NCBI GenBank assembly: GCA_038741355.1
Contig: JAVYLC010000026.1
Coordinates: forward strand, 1-22,560
DNA from: Nitrososphaerota archaeon
GTDB lineage: Archaea; Thermoproteota; Nitrososphaeria_A; Caldarchaeales; Calditenuaceae
Reading direction: 5' to 3'
Length of the DNA: 22,560 bases
Part shown: piece by piece, positions 6,254 through 14,557 of the stretch
How the letters are laid out: each line of letters opens with the position of its first letter
Position numbering within the stretch: the stretch's first letter is position 1
Position numbers and translations under genes: made by a program
Notes under the pieces: model-generated
What the model saw: the letters and a program-made list of their open reading frames with translations, nothing else
Database searches by the model: none
What the model was told of the DNA's origin: nothing

Positions 6254-6892
6254 CTACTGCTGCCGCTGCCTAAGGTTTTCCCTGATATAGAGGCGGGCAA
6301 GATAGAGTGCCGCTATTAGAATTACTATTCCAATTCCCAGCCTGAGAGGGTCGGGAACGAACCTCGAGGGGGTGATTAGGAGCGAGATGGCGGCGAGCGT
6401 GGGTGGTAACAATATCACAAGGGCGGCAAAGAATACTGTCTCCACAAAACCTCTATCTGAGAGGAGCCGCGCAAGCGAGTCAAGCCAGCTATCTTTCACA
6501 GGAACCTCATGGTCTGGAGATCCACCCATCCCATAAATCTTCACTGCGATGTCTCTGAAGAGGAGTGGGTCGCTGGCAGCAAAGCCATCCTCCCTTAACA
6601 ATCCATGGAGCACCCCATCTTTCACGATTCTAATCTCTGGCGGAGAGGCAAAGACATCAAATCCACGCAGCTTAGCTACCAGTGTTGAGGCCCTTACGAC
6701 GCGGTCGCTAATTTTCAGTTTCACCTTTTCGTCAAAGTATCCGAGAAGTAGCGGATTTTTGGAAAGGACTCTGTTAATGGTTATGTTGCCGTCCTTAAAG
6801 ACTGGGAATGATGCCTGAATGTCTGCGAGACTCTTCCCCTCCCTAGACCGTTGGAGAACCCACTCGACCGCCTTCTGGAAAGCCTCCGACAA
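6254..6892 (-). CDS. Hypothetical protein with C-terminal membrane anchor(s)
   Basis: 212-aa ORF with a TTG start, 9 nt downstream of ribK on the same strand. The C-terminus has two hydrophobic segments (VFFAALVILLPPTLAAISLLI; LGIGIVILIAALYLARLYI). No family recognised. Confidence 0.6.
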   Translation of the reverse strand: MSEAFQKAVEWVLQRSREGKSLADIQASFPVFKDGNITINRVLSKNPLLLGYFDEKVKLKISDRVVRASTLVAKLRGFDVFASPPEIRIVKDGVLHGLLREDGFAASDPLLFRDIAVKIYGMGGSPDHEVPVKDSWLDSLARLLSDRGFVETVFFAALVILLPPTLAAISLLITPSRFVPDPLRLGIGIVILIAALYLARLYIRENLRQRQQ

Positions 6893-6901
6893 CTCGTGAA
6901 A

Positions 6902-7645
6902 TCAAGTCTTAGGCAAAATTTGACCCTTATCTTCGTGGGGAATCTGCCCAACGGCTGAGAAATTGACGGTAGGAAGCGTTACAGTGACCCTGACCTTGTC
7001 ACCATCCGATATCCCATACTTACCCCTCAGATAAACAGGCGAGATCAATTCTATGACGTTCTCGCTATAATGCGTCCTCTCTATGTATAGGATCGCACAG
7101 AGGTCTGAGTTGTTGAAGGAGGCTAGTATTGCCCGCGCTCCACCATAAGTCCGGTTCCTGTCCTTAAACCCCTCTATCCATATGTCAGCATATCTGCTAA
7201 CAAGTCTCCTATTCTGGATCGAGTCCCAAGACAGGAGATTTATGTTGAGCGTCCCAGGGTATGGGTCAAACCCCAGTTTCTTCCTTATCTGATCCCTGTA
7301 CCAAGGCAGGGAGATATAGTATGCCCCCTCGCCCATTCCGCTGAAGACCCGCCCCTCAAGCACCACCTCGACAGGCTTCTCAATTATCCTTTTCAGCTCC
7401 GCGTACAGCTCAGAGAGCTCATTGATTGATTTCTCTGTCAACCTCACATAACACGACCTACCAACCATACGCCTTTCAATAAACCCTTCCCTCTCCATCT
7501 TTATCATGATGCGGGAGGCGGACTGTTGAGATGTGTTGAGGAACTTTGCGAGGGCGGGGGTTGTGACTTGGACTCCATTACTGAAGCCGTTCCTCTCGTA
7601 GAGGTAGAGGAGGAGGCGGAGCTGCATTTTGTTAAGATTCATCAA
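6902..7645 (-). CDS. ribK: CTP-dependent riboflavin kinase with N-terminal winged-HTH (RbkR-like bifunctional architecture)
   Basis: The C-terminal part has GMGEGAYYISLPWYRDQIRKKLGFDPYPGTLNINL, matching the archaeal MJ0056-type RibK motif (GEG..Y...PYxGTLN). The N-terminal roughly 90 aa look like a MarR/wHTH domain (LAKFLNTSQQSASRIMIKMEREGFIERR). Confidence 0.85.
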   Translation of the reverse strand: MMNLNKMQLRLLLYLYERNGFSNGVQVTTPALAKFLNTSQQSASRIMIKMEREGFIERRMVGRSCYVRLTEKSINELSELYAELKRIIEKPVEVVLEGRVFSGMGEGAYYISLPWYRDQIRKKLGFDPYPGTLNINLLSWDSIQNRRLVSRYADIWIEGFKDRNRTYGGARAILASFNNSDLCAILYIERTHYSENVIELISPVYLRGKYGISDGDKVRVTVTLPTVNFSAVGQIPHEDKGQILPKT

Positions 7646-7770
7646 ATATTACGGCGTTATACTCCCTCATTAATTTATTCCCATTCAAGGCCGCTTAAAA
7701 GAGTTCGGGGGAGCCCAGCTTCTAAACTTACGCCCCTCTAAGCCCAGATAGATAGATGTTAAATCACGGG

Positions 7771-8400
7771 CTAAAACTGGATAGTCTCCATCCGAATGAC
7801 ACCAGATCGGCCAATCACAAGGACATCAATCCCATTCCCACTGGCCGCATCGCGTGTGGCCCCAGCCTTGACAGCCTTCACAGCTAGTTCACTTATCTCT
7901 TCGAAACCCGCACCCGGCTTAAACCAAGTCTCAAGAACACCCGCAGCTATCTCCGCTCCACTGCCCACCGCCGTATAGTCATCTTCAATCATTGAGCCAA
8001 GCGGGTCCAAGACGTATATGTGGGGGCCCGTCGAGTCGACGCCGCCAACAATAGTCTCGGTGAAATACGGGAAGAAACGGTTTCCGAATAGATAAGTGGA
8101 GAGGACCTTTGCGACCGTGTTTACGGTTGGGAGCCTCCCCTGCTCCAGTATGTAGAGGTTTATTAGCGCTTTAGCTTCCCTGACGAGGCCTTGCATGTCC
8201 GAGACCAATCCGGCACAAGCCGCCCCTGCGTTCTTGGTTAACTGGAAGACCTTCTGAGCATTCTTAGAGACGACGAAATTCCCATAGGATAGCCTCTTCT
8301 CAGAGGCTAGGACAACGCTGTCTACCCCCTTTATCCCAACAGTAGTTGCTCCCGGAATGATGTAGTAGCCCTGTTGCACAACTATTAAAGACAGGTCCAA
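7771..8400 (-). CDS. psmB: Proteasome subunit beta (with propeptide)
   Basis: 209 aa with a TTG start. Propeptide, then the mature N-terminus TTVGIKG (catalytic Thr). Ntn-hydrolase pattern ..EKR..YGNFV..K..Q..; GSG near the C-terminal half. Confidence 0.9.
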   Translation of the reverse strand: MDLSLIVVQQGYYIIPGATTVGIKGVDSVVLASEKRLSYGNFVVSKNAQKVFQLTKNAGAACAGLVSDMQGLVREAKALINLYILEQGRLPTVNTVAKVLSTYLFGNRFFPYFTETIVGGVDSTGPHIYVLDPLGSMIEDDYTAVGSGAEIAAGVLETWFKPGAGFEEISELAVKAVKAGATRDAASGNGIDVLVIGRSGVIRMETIQF

Positions 8401-8433
8401 CCTTTTAAAGTTGTGCTGGCCTCTTCTACAATG

Positions 8434-8595
8434 CTATCTGCCTCTAAGCCCCTCCCTTTCCCCCTCATCGTATTCACATTCATACTCTTTATGTAGGACG
8501 CCTGATTCGTAATCTACGCCCCAATCTTCTCCAGCCACATCCCCATAGCTCTCATCCTGGACGACCTCCACATCAGTATTATCAACCTCTTCCAT
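8434..8595 (-). CDS. Possible small acidic protein (53 aa); not in the ORF track because it is under 60 aa
   Basis: Hand translation of the minus strand from ATG (8595) to TAG (8434): MEEVDNTDVEVVQDESYGDVAGEDWGVDYESGVLHKEYECEYDEGEREGLRGR. It is on the same strand as psmB, 33 nt upstream. No homology evidence. Confidence 0.25.
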   Translation of the reverse strand: MEEVDNTDVEVVQDESYGDVAGEDWGVDYESGVLHKEYECEYDEGEREGLRGR

Positions 8596-8776
8596 AACTT
8601 TCTCCTCGGAGACCTCTCCAACTCTCCCCCTTACACTCTACACACCCATAGAGTCTCGGCACTTCATTTTAACAGAGGATTCTAGGGTTTTTCCCGTCTA
8701 TCTGGCCTATTCTTAACCGAGACCACAGATCGAGATAGAGCTGTGTCATAACAAGAAGTAATACTGCTCAAGACCA

Positions 8777-8860
8777 TCTCGAAGTCTAAAAAGCGTTATG
8801 AAAAACTAGAAATAGTTGATATCACTTTTACCACGGGGTCTCGAAGCCTAAATACCGTTA
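8777..8860 (+). repeat. Two 22-nt direct repeats (19/22 identical), start-to-start distance 62 nt
   Basis: TCTCGAAGTCTAAAAAGCGTTA (8777-8798) and TCTCGAAGCCTAAATACCGTTA (8839-8860), in an otherwise unassigned 560-bp intergenic region. Confidence 0.6.
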
Positions 8861-8960
8861 AGCCCTCACCACTTCTAGTCATGGTTTGGATGGTAATACA
8901 TCACACTAGACCAAGCCTCTCCAAAGGGCTTCCTAACAAGAGGGTGTATTACCGAGGTCG

Positions 8961-9999
8961 TAAGAGGGGGGAGAGTGAAGAGAATGAGGGTGAGAAGTCT
9001 AAAGAGAGGTGAGAAGGTGTAGGTGAGGCCGGGGGAGAAGAAATGAAGGTCTCTGGGATGGTTGTTAGGAGGTTTTATGTTGATGTTCATAGACGCGTTG
9101 ATTGGAAGCCTCACACACTATTTGATGGTGAGAGGTTCAAGAGGGTTTGGAGGTTATAAGAGATTGATGCGAAAGATGGTGATGAGGTATACGTTGACTC
9201 CTTACCCGCCGAGGCCTATAGAGACGTCATCGAGCTTATGAAGAGGGGAGTGAGGATTTTCAGACTGAAGAGGCTGGACATCCTACCCAAGTTGAGGGCA
9301 AAGATCAACGTAGAGAAAACCCATGAAAACGATGCATTTATTCTATCAACATTTGACGAAAATTTCTATAGAGAACTTCATGAAGACGAATTAAGGCTTA
9401 GGATGCTGATCACCGAATACAACAAACTTTTAAGGCTTCTAAAAAGAATGAGGCAGCTGGATTGCGGTGTTAAAGAATTCGCTGAAGCTCAGCGAATCAT
9501 ACAGAAAGCGAAAGATAAGCTCGCAGAACTGATAGCTGCTGAAGCAGAGACGATAACCCCAAGATACAAGGAGGTCTGTGAGAGGCTCGGACTTTTCGGT
9601 AATAGTGTGCATGGAAAAGTAGCTCTAGCAGACTTAATGCTGAGCATAGACTTCAACAGAGGTCTACGGAAGATACTGAGCTAAACAGAAGCTACTACAA
9701 TAAAAGAATAAGAATGGCTCTTGAGAGACTATCTATAACCTACTACAAGAGACGCATAGTTAGAGCAAAGGAGCAAGTTGAACTACTGAAGACTATTAGG
9801 AGAATAGTGCTTCACAGTCTGACGGCGGGGGAAGAGGGCCGTATGAGGTCCGGGCACCAATGTTTAAACCGCTGCGAGCCAAATAAGCTGGCTCGAGGCG
9901 CCCAACCTTTTACTGCTAAGGCTCTACGGTTCTCCTAGATGCTGTCAGGCCGTGAAGCCACCAGCCAACTTTCCCTTCTTTCTCTCCCTTCCCCTCTTA
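8961..9999 (+). mobile_element. Putative IS110-like insertion sequence, copy 2 (decayed; boundaries tentative, about 1039 bp)
   Basis: Left end TAAGAGGGG (8961-8969) is the exact reverse complement of right end CCCCTCTTA (9991-9999). Purine-rich and pyrimidine-rich tracts continue inward but are low complexity. The interior carries the decayed recombinase gene. The 3' motif GATGCTGTC..CCAGCCAACTTTCCC is shared with copy 1. Confidence 0.45.
9058..9938 (+). pseudogene. Decayed IS110-like recombinase gene (paralogue of 303..1187)
   Basis: ATG 9058 gives MVVRRFYVDVHRRVDWKPHTLFDGERFKRVWRL, then an in-frame TAA (9157-9159). The same frame continues EIDAKDGDEVYVDSLPAEAYRDVIELMKRGVRIFRLKRL.. (cf. 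copy 1 ITDIPAKAGDELYVDTIPIELTDEFVEVLRRGVRVYYLRRL) to a stop at 9682-9684. Homology resumes in another frame (YYNKRIRMALERLSITYYKRRIVRAKEQVELLKTIRRIV vs IYSGDLRRALQRLTIALKGGTWMKAKDEVQLIRRIREIM). The DYVGLYKVDRSGKRK segment is missing. Confidence 0.8.
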
Positions 10000-10077
10000 A
10001 ATAAAACTTAGGTCTATATGGACGGTGTGAATCGTAAAATGCATTCCTTCATCGCCCTACTCTACATCAGAGCCACA

Positions 10078-10085
10078 TTTATTTA
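10078..10085 (+). promoter_or_regulatory. TATA box for leaderless rps13
   Basis: TTTATTTA is centred about 29 nt upstream of ATG 10111. Confidence 0.45.
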
Positions 10086-10110
10086 GAAGACCAGCAACAC
10101 CTTTTCTTAG

Positions 10111-10593
10111 ATGGCCCAGCAGGAGCTCAGACTAATCGTTAGGCTACTCAACGTTGACCTAGATGGCGGGAAAAAGATACCCTACGCACTCGCCGGGATC
10201 AGGGGGGTGGGGATACCTCTCGGATACGCCGTTGCGAGGGCATTAGGCATCGACCCGGAGCTGAGGCTTGGACAACTAACTGACCAGCAGCTAGCCCTGA
10301 TTGAAGATTGCATCAGAAATCCTGAAAAGTATGGTATTCCATGCTGGATGTATAATAGGAGGCGAGACCCTCAAAGTGGAAAAGACCTCCACCTCATAGG
10401 CGCTGATCTTGATTTAGCGATAAAGGAGGATATTCAGAGGGAGATGAGGATAAAGTCTTGGAGAGGGGTCCGACATTCTCTAGGCCTGAAGGTTAGAGGG
10501 CAGCGGACTAGGACTACGGGACGGAAGACAGGGCCGATAGGTGTTGTCAGAAAGGCGGCTGAGGCAGCTGCAAAGGAGGCAAGCAAGAAATAG
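10111..10593 (+). CDS. rps13: 30S ribosomal protein S13 (uS13)
   Basis: 160 aa. LAGIRGVGIPLGYAVARALGI and KSWRGVRHSLGLKVRGQRTRTTGRK are characteristic uS13 segments. Confidence 0.95.
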   Translation: MAQQELRLIVRLLNVDLDGGKKIPYALAGIRGVGIPLGYAVARALGIDPELRLGQLTDQQLALIEDCIRNPEKYGIPCWMYNRRRDPQSGKDLHLIGADLDLAIKEDIQREMRIKSWRGVRHSLGLKVRGQRTRTTGRKTGPIGVVRKAAEAAAKEASKK

Positions 10594-10594
10594 T

Positions 10595-11713
10595 CTAGCG
10601 CCTGTTAATGGCCTCTCTCGCAAGACTGGCGCCCTCAACCAAGCTTTTCTCCTTTCTGAAGGCGACATCCCATTTCCTAGTCCTTAGTCCACAGTCATTA
10701 CAGGCTATGACCCGTGATGGGTCATCGAGAACTTTAGCGGCGTAGAGGAGCCTGTCCCTCACAAGTTCCGGAGGCTCGATGTAGTCGGAGTGCACATCTA
10801 TCATCCCTGGTGCAATTGAAAAATTCGCGGAGTATTCCTTGAAGAGCTTCAGGACCTCGTATCCGACCCTTTCCCTCTCCCCCAGCCTCACCGTATCTCT
10901 GTTTGCACACTCTATTGAGAGCTCGTGTGTCTTGGCTTCAAGAATGTGTGGGAATAATAAGCTATAGTCACTATAACAGATATGTATCGTGAAGCGCGCG
11001 TTGATTCCCTTCACCACCTCATTAAACGCCTCCACGAATAGGCTTACCTCGCCCGGCTTAGTTGTGGCTGCGGGCTCATCTATCTGGATCCTATAGGCGC
11101 CATTCTCGACAAGCGACAGCACAACAGGCCTCACCACCTCCTTGGCTATGTCAAACACCATCTCTCTCTTCGCCTCCTTCCTCCTCTCTATTAGACCCCC
11201 AGACGGTCTAGCTTTCGTGATATAGTACTCGTCGAAGCTCCATTCTGATAGAGTGTATGGTCCTGTTATGGGGACCTTTAGCTCTCGTCTCGCGTGCTTC
11301 TTTGCGAACAGGAACTCAGAGATATAGGTGTTCTCAACTAGTTGAGGCTTTGACCTTATCGCTGCCTTATTGTATGTCTCGGCATCCCACACCTTCACTT
11401 TTCCAAGAAACTCCACCCCCTTTACCTGCCTAAGCGCATGTTCATACATCTCGACCCTCTTCTGCTCGCCATCCCAAACGACGTCGAGCCCGGCAGACTC
11501 GTGGAGACGTATAGCATAGAGCGAAGCCCAATCCCTCAGTTCTTCCTGCGTGTACTCTTTTTTTCTAAGCTTGTCCACCAGCACCTCATACCCCTCAACA
11601 CCCAACATCTTCCCCCAGTACTCCGCCTCGGATATCGCAACCTCGTCGAGCCTCTTCCGCAGGAACGGAGCCCTCATGAGACTCCCGACTTCTTGCGTAG
11701 GAAAGAGCTTCAA
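10595..11713 (-). CDS. metE: Cobalamin-independent methionine synthase, catalytic (MetE C-terminal-like) protein
   Basis: 372 aa with a TTG start overlapping the upstream stop (TTGA). UROD/MetE-like fold motifs: YRIQIDEPA, the Zn-ligand-like HICYSDY, and ACNDCGL near the C-terminus. Confidence 0.85.
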   Translation of the reverse strand: MKLFPTQEVGSLMRAPFLRKRLDEVAISEAEYWGKMLGVEGYEVLVDKLRKKEYTQEELRDWASLYAIRLHESAGLDVVWDGEQKRVEMYEHALRQVKGVEFLGKVKVWDAETYNKAAIRSKPQLVENTYISEFLFAKKHARRELKVPITGPYTLSEWSFDEYYITKARPSGGLIERRKEAKREMVFDIAKEVVRPVVLSLVENGAYRIQIDEPAATTKPGEVSLFVEAFNEVVKGINARFTIHICYSDYSLLFPHILEAKTHELSIECANRDTVRLGERERVGYEVLKLFKEYSANFSIAPGMIDVHSDYIEPPELVRDRLLYAAKVLDDPSRVIACNDCGLRTRKWDVAFRKEKSLVEGASLAREAINRR

Positions 11714-12681
11714 GACAGACCACCCCTCAGAAGCTTGTAAGCAGCGGCAAGCCTCTCAATCTTCGCATCAGCCACACGCCTTGGCAGATACTCAAGGTCA
11801 GTGTTGGTGGTTAAGTGGTATGACTTAGCGTTTACGCACTCAACCGTGCTGGATAATATAGCCCCTATTTCCTCGCTGCTTTCAACATAACTGTTCCGCG
11901 AATCCACACATCCAACCGCGAGAGCCCCCTCGAAGGAGTACCCCCTTATTTTCCCCGGATTGGTGGAGAAGGGATCTATCCCCACGATATCAAGAGGCGC
12001 GTCAAGTATCCATGGAAAAGCGTTGGAGGCGTCGTGAAAGAAGAGGTGTACCATGAGCAGCCCGCTGAATCCGTTCTTTATCACTCTGAGGGCCTCTTTC
12101 ACAGTCTCTACCCTATCCATGTCAAGTCTCTTCTCGGCAAGGGATGGGGCGCTGAGCTGGAGTAGCGTCGGCCCGGAGCCTTCAAGCGACCTCAACTCAT
12201 CAACGATTATCCCCGCAAAGTCTAGAACTAAGTCCTCCCACCTGGTGTAGGATTGGTTGCTAGAGAGACTGTAGAATGTGTAGGGCTCCGGGAGAATCAG
12301 TTTCCAGTTAACTCCCTTCAAAAGGTCTGTGAAGACATATTTCTCAAGGATTCTAGTGGTTCTCACGAGGTTTGAGACTATTATCGGCTTCTTGTAGAAG
12401 AGGTTGTTGTCGAACCACCGCGTCAGTGGGCCTACTTTAACACCTTCCAAGTGTTCGGCGAAGGGTCTTAGAATGTCGTGCCATAGGAGCTGGCCCTCAA
12501 CTATGTAGGTCATGCCCAGCCGTCTCTGCATCTCTATCAGCGCAGAGGCCTCCCGCCGCGCTAGAGCAACTACACCATCGTAGGTCTCCCTCCCCTCAGC
12601 AAACCTTCTAAAAGCCATAATCAGCTCCTCAGACCTCGGCATCACACCACCTAGGTGACACGCCTCTATCTCCAACACCAC
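11710..12681 (-). CDS. MetE N-terminal-domain-like protein (non-catalytic partner of the split methionine synthase)
   Basis: 323 aa with a GTG start, translationally coupled to the downstream metE-like gene. Same barrel-like layout (LLQLSAPSL.., VHLFFHD, GCVDSRNSYVE) but without the His-x-Cys/Cys Zn-ligand pattern of the catalytic paralogue. Confidence 0.7.
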   Translation of the reverse strand: MVLEIEACHLGGVMPRSEELIMAFRRFAEGRETYDGVVALARREASALIEMQRRLGMTYIVEGQLLWHDILRPFAEHLEGVKVGPLTRWFDNNLFYKKPIIVSNLVRTTRILEKYVFTDLLKGVNWKLILPEPYTFYSLSSNQSYTRWEDLVLDFAGIIVDELRSLEGSGPTLLQLSAPSLAEKRLDMDRVETVKEALRVIKNGFSGLLMVHLFFHDASNAFPWILDAPLDIVGIDPFSTNPGKIRGYSFEGALAVGCVDSRNSYVESSEEIGAILSSTVECVNAKSYHLTTNTDLEYLPRRVADAKIERLAAAYKLLRGGLS

Positions 12682-12774
12682 GCCACAAATACACCCACCC
12701 CAGAGCCGTAATAAAGACGTTACACACGGGTAATCCTCTTATCTTAGCTGGCCAACAATAAACGGTGCTGAGTT

Positions 12775-14235
12775 ATGGACAACTCTAGCAGAGACGTAGC
12801 CGCGTTCTATGCTAGCTGTAAGGAGGCGGCGGACTATATTCAAGAGGAGGTGAGTCGAGGAGCGGAGATACTTGTCGCCGGCCACAACGACGCTGACGGA
12901 TTATCTTCGATCGGGGTTGTAGCGAGTGGACTCCTAGATCTCGGAGCCAAGTTTATTGCTAGGAGTGTTTTCCGTCTTGAAGAGTTTATCGAGGTGATGG
13001 GTGGGCATAATGGCAGAATGGTTATCCTAGTAGATATGGGGGGTGGTAGTATAGGTGAGCTTCAAAGCATTTTCGATCAGGCGAAGCTCATCATAATCGA
13101 TCACCACCAGCCGGACCAGACGGCTGTGGGGGAGAGGTGGAAGCATGTCAATCCCCACCTATTTGGTATTGATGGAGAGACTGAGGTGAGCGCGGCGGGG
13201 GTTGCTTACCTCGTGATGAGGAATATAGTCTCTAATCCGCTTAGATATGCCCCACTAGCAGTTGTCGGGAGCCTCGGAGACCTCCAGGACAAGGGTGAGA
13301 AGAAAAGGCTGGTCGGACTAAACGAAGAGATTGTCTCGGAGGCGGTTAAAGCATCCCAGCTCATGGTCAGGGAAGACTTCATCCTATACGGAAGAGAGTC
13401 TAAGCCCATACACCAAGCACTAGCGAGTACTCAGAGCCCATATCTTCCAGGCCTTAGCGGTGACGAGGCCGCATGCCTCTCACTACTCATAGAGGCTGGT
13501 ATAGAGGTGCGCGAGGGAGATAAGTGGCGGACAATCTCTGACTTGGCCGAGGAGGAGAAAAGCAGGCTCTACAACGCGATAGTCTCCTATCTTGCGAAGA
13601 ATAACCAACCCATAGAGCCTGTTAGAGACTTGATTGGGACTGTATATGAGCTGGTCAACGAGAGTGCCTCTTCAGGTCTCAGGGATGCTAGAGAGTATTC
13701 ACAGCTTTTGAACGCCTGTGGGAAGACGAATAATTCTTGGCTCGGAGTCGCGGTTGCCATGGGATATAGGGGCTGGGTCCTCAGAGAGGCGCAGAGAGTC
13801 GTGGAGCAATATAGGGCTATGCTGAGGAAGAGCTTGGATTTTGCATCAAAAAATCTGGAACAGATGTACCACATAATGGTCCTCCGCGTGGGACCGGAAA
13901 TAGATATTCGGCAGGTAAGCTCTGTGGCCTCAATTATCTCCTCCTCAAAACTCATACCGGCTGATAGGCCCCTAATAGTAGTAGGCCAAGAGGGCGGTAT
14001 TGTTAAAGTCTCAGCCCGTGCCTCCCCCCAACTAGTCTCTCAGGGCGTTAACTTGGGTGTAGTGATGAGGGAGGCGGCCTCAAAGTTTGCTGGGCGGGGT
14101 GGCGGTCACAAGATAGCTGCTGGAGCCGAGATACCCGCAGACAGGCTCACACTCTTTCTACTCGAGGTTGACAGACTGATCGGCGAGGCCATCTCCCAAG
14201 CGAAGACTCAGATAACGCTGGATGATGATTCTTGA
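12775..14235 (+). CDS. DHH/DHHA1 phosphoesterase, archaeal RecJ/GAN (Cdc45-like) family
   Basis: 486 aa. DHH motifs GHNDADGLSS, LVDMGGG, IIIDHHQP and the DHHA1 motif GRGGGHKIAAGA. Confidence 0.85.
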   Translation: MDNSSRDVAAFYASCKEAADYIQEEVSRGAEILVAGHNDADGLSSIGVVASGLLDLGAKFIARSVFRLEEFIEVMGGHNGRMVILVDMGGGSIGELQSIFDQAKLIIIDHHQPDQTAVGERWKHVNPHLFGIDGETEVSAAGVAYLVMRNIVSNPLRYAPLAVVGSLGDLQDKGEKKRLVGLNEEIVSEAVKASQLMVREDFILYGRESKPIHQALASTQSPYLPGLSGDEAACLSLLIEAGIEVREGDKWRTISDLAEEEKSRLYNAIVSYLAKNNQPIEPVRDLIGTVYELVNESASSGLRDAREYSQLLNACGKTNNSWLGVAVAMGYRGWVLREAQRVVEQYRAMLRKSLDFASKNLEQMYHIMVLRVGPEIDIRQVSSVASIISSSKLIPADRPLIVVGQEGGIVKVSARASPQLVSQGVNLGVVMREAASKFAGRGGGHKIAAGAEIPADRLTLFLLEVDRLIGEAISQAKTQITLDDDS

Positions 14236-14516
14236 GGCAGGAGGCAGTCCTTGTTGTAAGGTTTTGCAGCCAAGCGGAGGCAGAGATAGCGGAGCGGTCA
14301 CTCGCCCCCGACAATCACCCCCTCCCCCCATATCTAAGTCTCGGCGTGGAGAGAAGGGGGGAAGAGCTGGTTTATAAGGTGGAGTGCAGTGGCAGACCAC
14401 TCCAGACCCTCCTCTCAACACTCGACGACATATTACAGGCACTCCTACTAGTGGAGCCCATTATATGTGAGAGGAGTGGAAGGAGCGGGGATCGGGTGGC
14501 GCCGCGTCAGCGTTAG
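14232..14516 (+). CDS. pcc1: Probable KEOPS subunit Pcc1
   Basis: 94 aa with a TTG start overlapping the recJ-like stop. Pattern AVLVVRFCSQAEAEIAERSLAPD..LVYKVEC..LQTLLSTLDDILQALLLVE resembles Pcc1/CTAG (beta-beta-beta-alpha, A..i..sl.pe ... Lra.lns.l). Size fits. Recalled from memory only. Confidence 0.55.
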   Translation: MRQEAVLVVRFCSQAEAEIAERSLAPDNHPLPPYLSLGVERRGEELVYKVECSGRPLQTLLSTLDDILQALLLVEPIICERSGRSGDRVAPRQR

Positions 14517-14557
14517 CCTTAAAATGTTGATTAGGAGCTAAACAGTGAAGAGTAGAG

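Noticed and set aside
8777-8860. CRISPR array
   Set aside because: There are only two imperfect 22-nt repeats, the 40-nt sequence between them has no further units, and no cas genes are present in the window.
8875-9114. ORF 8875..9114 (-), 79 aa
   Set aside because: It is a translation of the pyrimidine-rich complement of the IS copy 2 left end, giving a low-complexity P/L/T/F-rich peptide. It overlaps the recombinase pseudogene start in antisense.
8961-9999. Long (about 30 bp) terminal inverted repeats for copy 2
   Set aside because: Beyond the exact 9-mer TAAGAGGGG/CCCCTCTTA, the match needs gaps and lies in purine-only or pyrimidine-only low-complexity sequence. Only the 9-bp termini are claimed, and tentatively.
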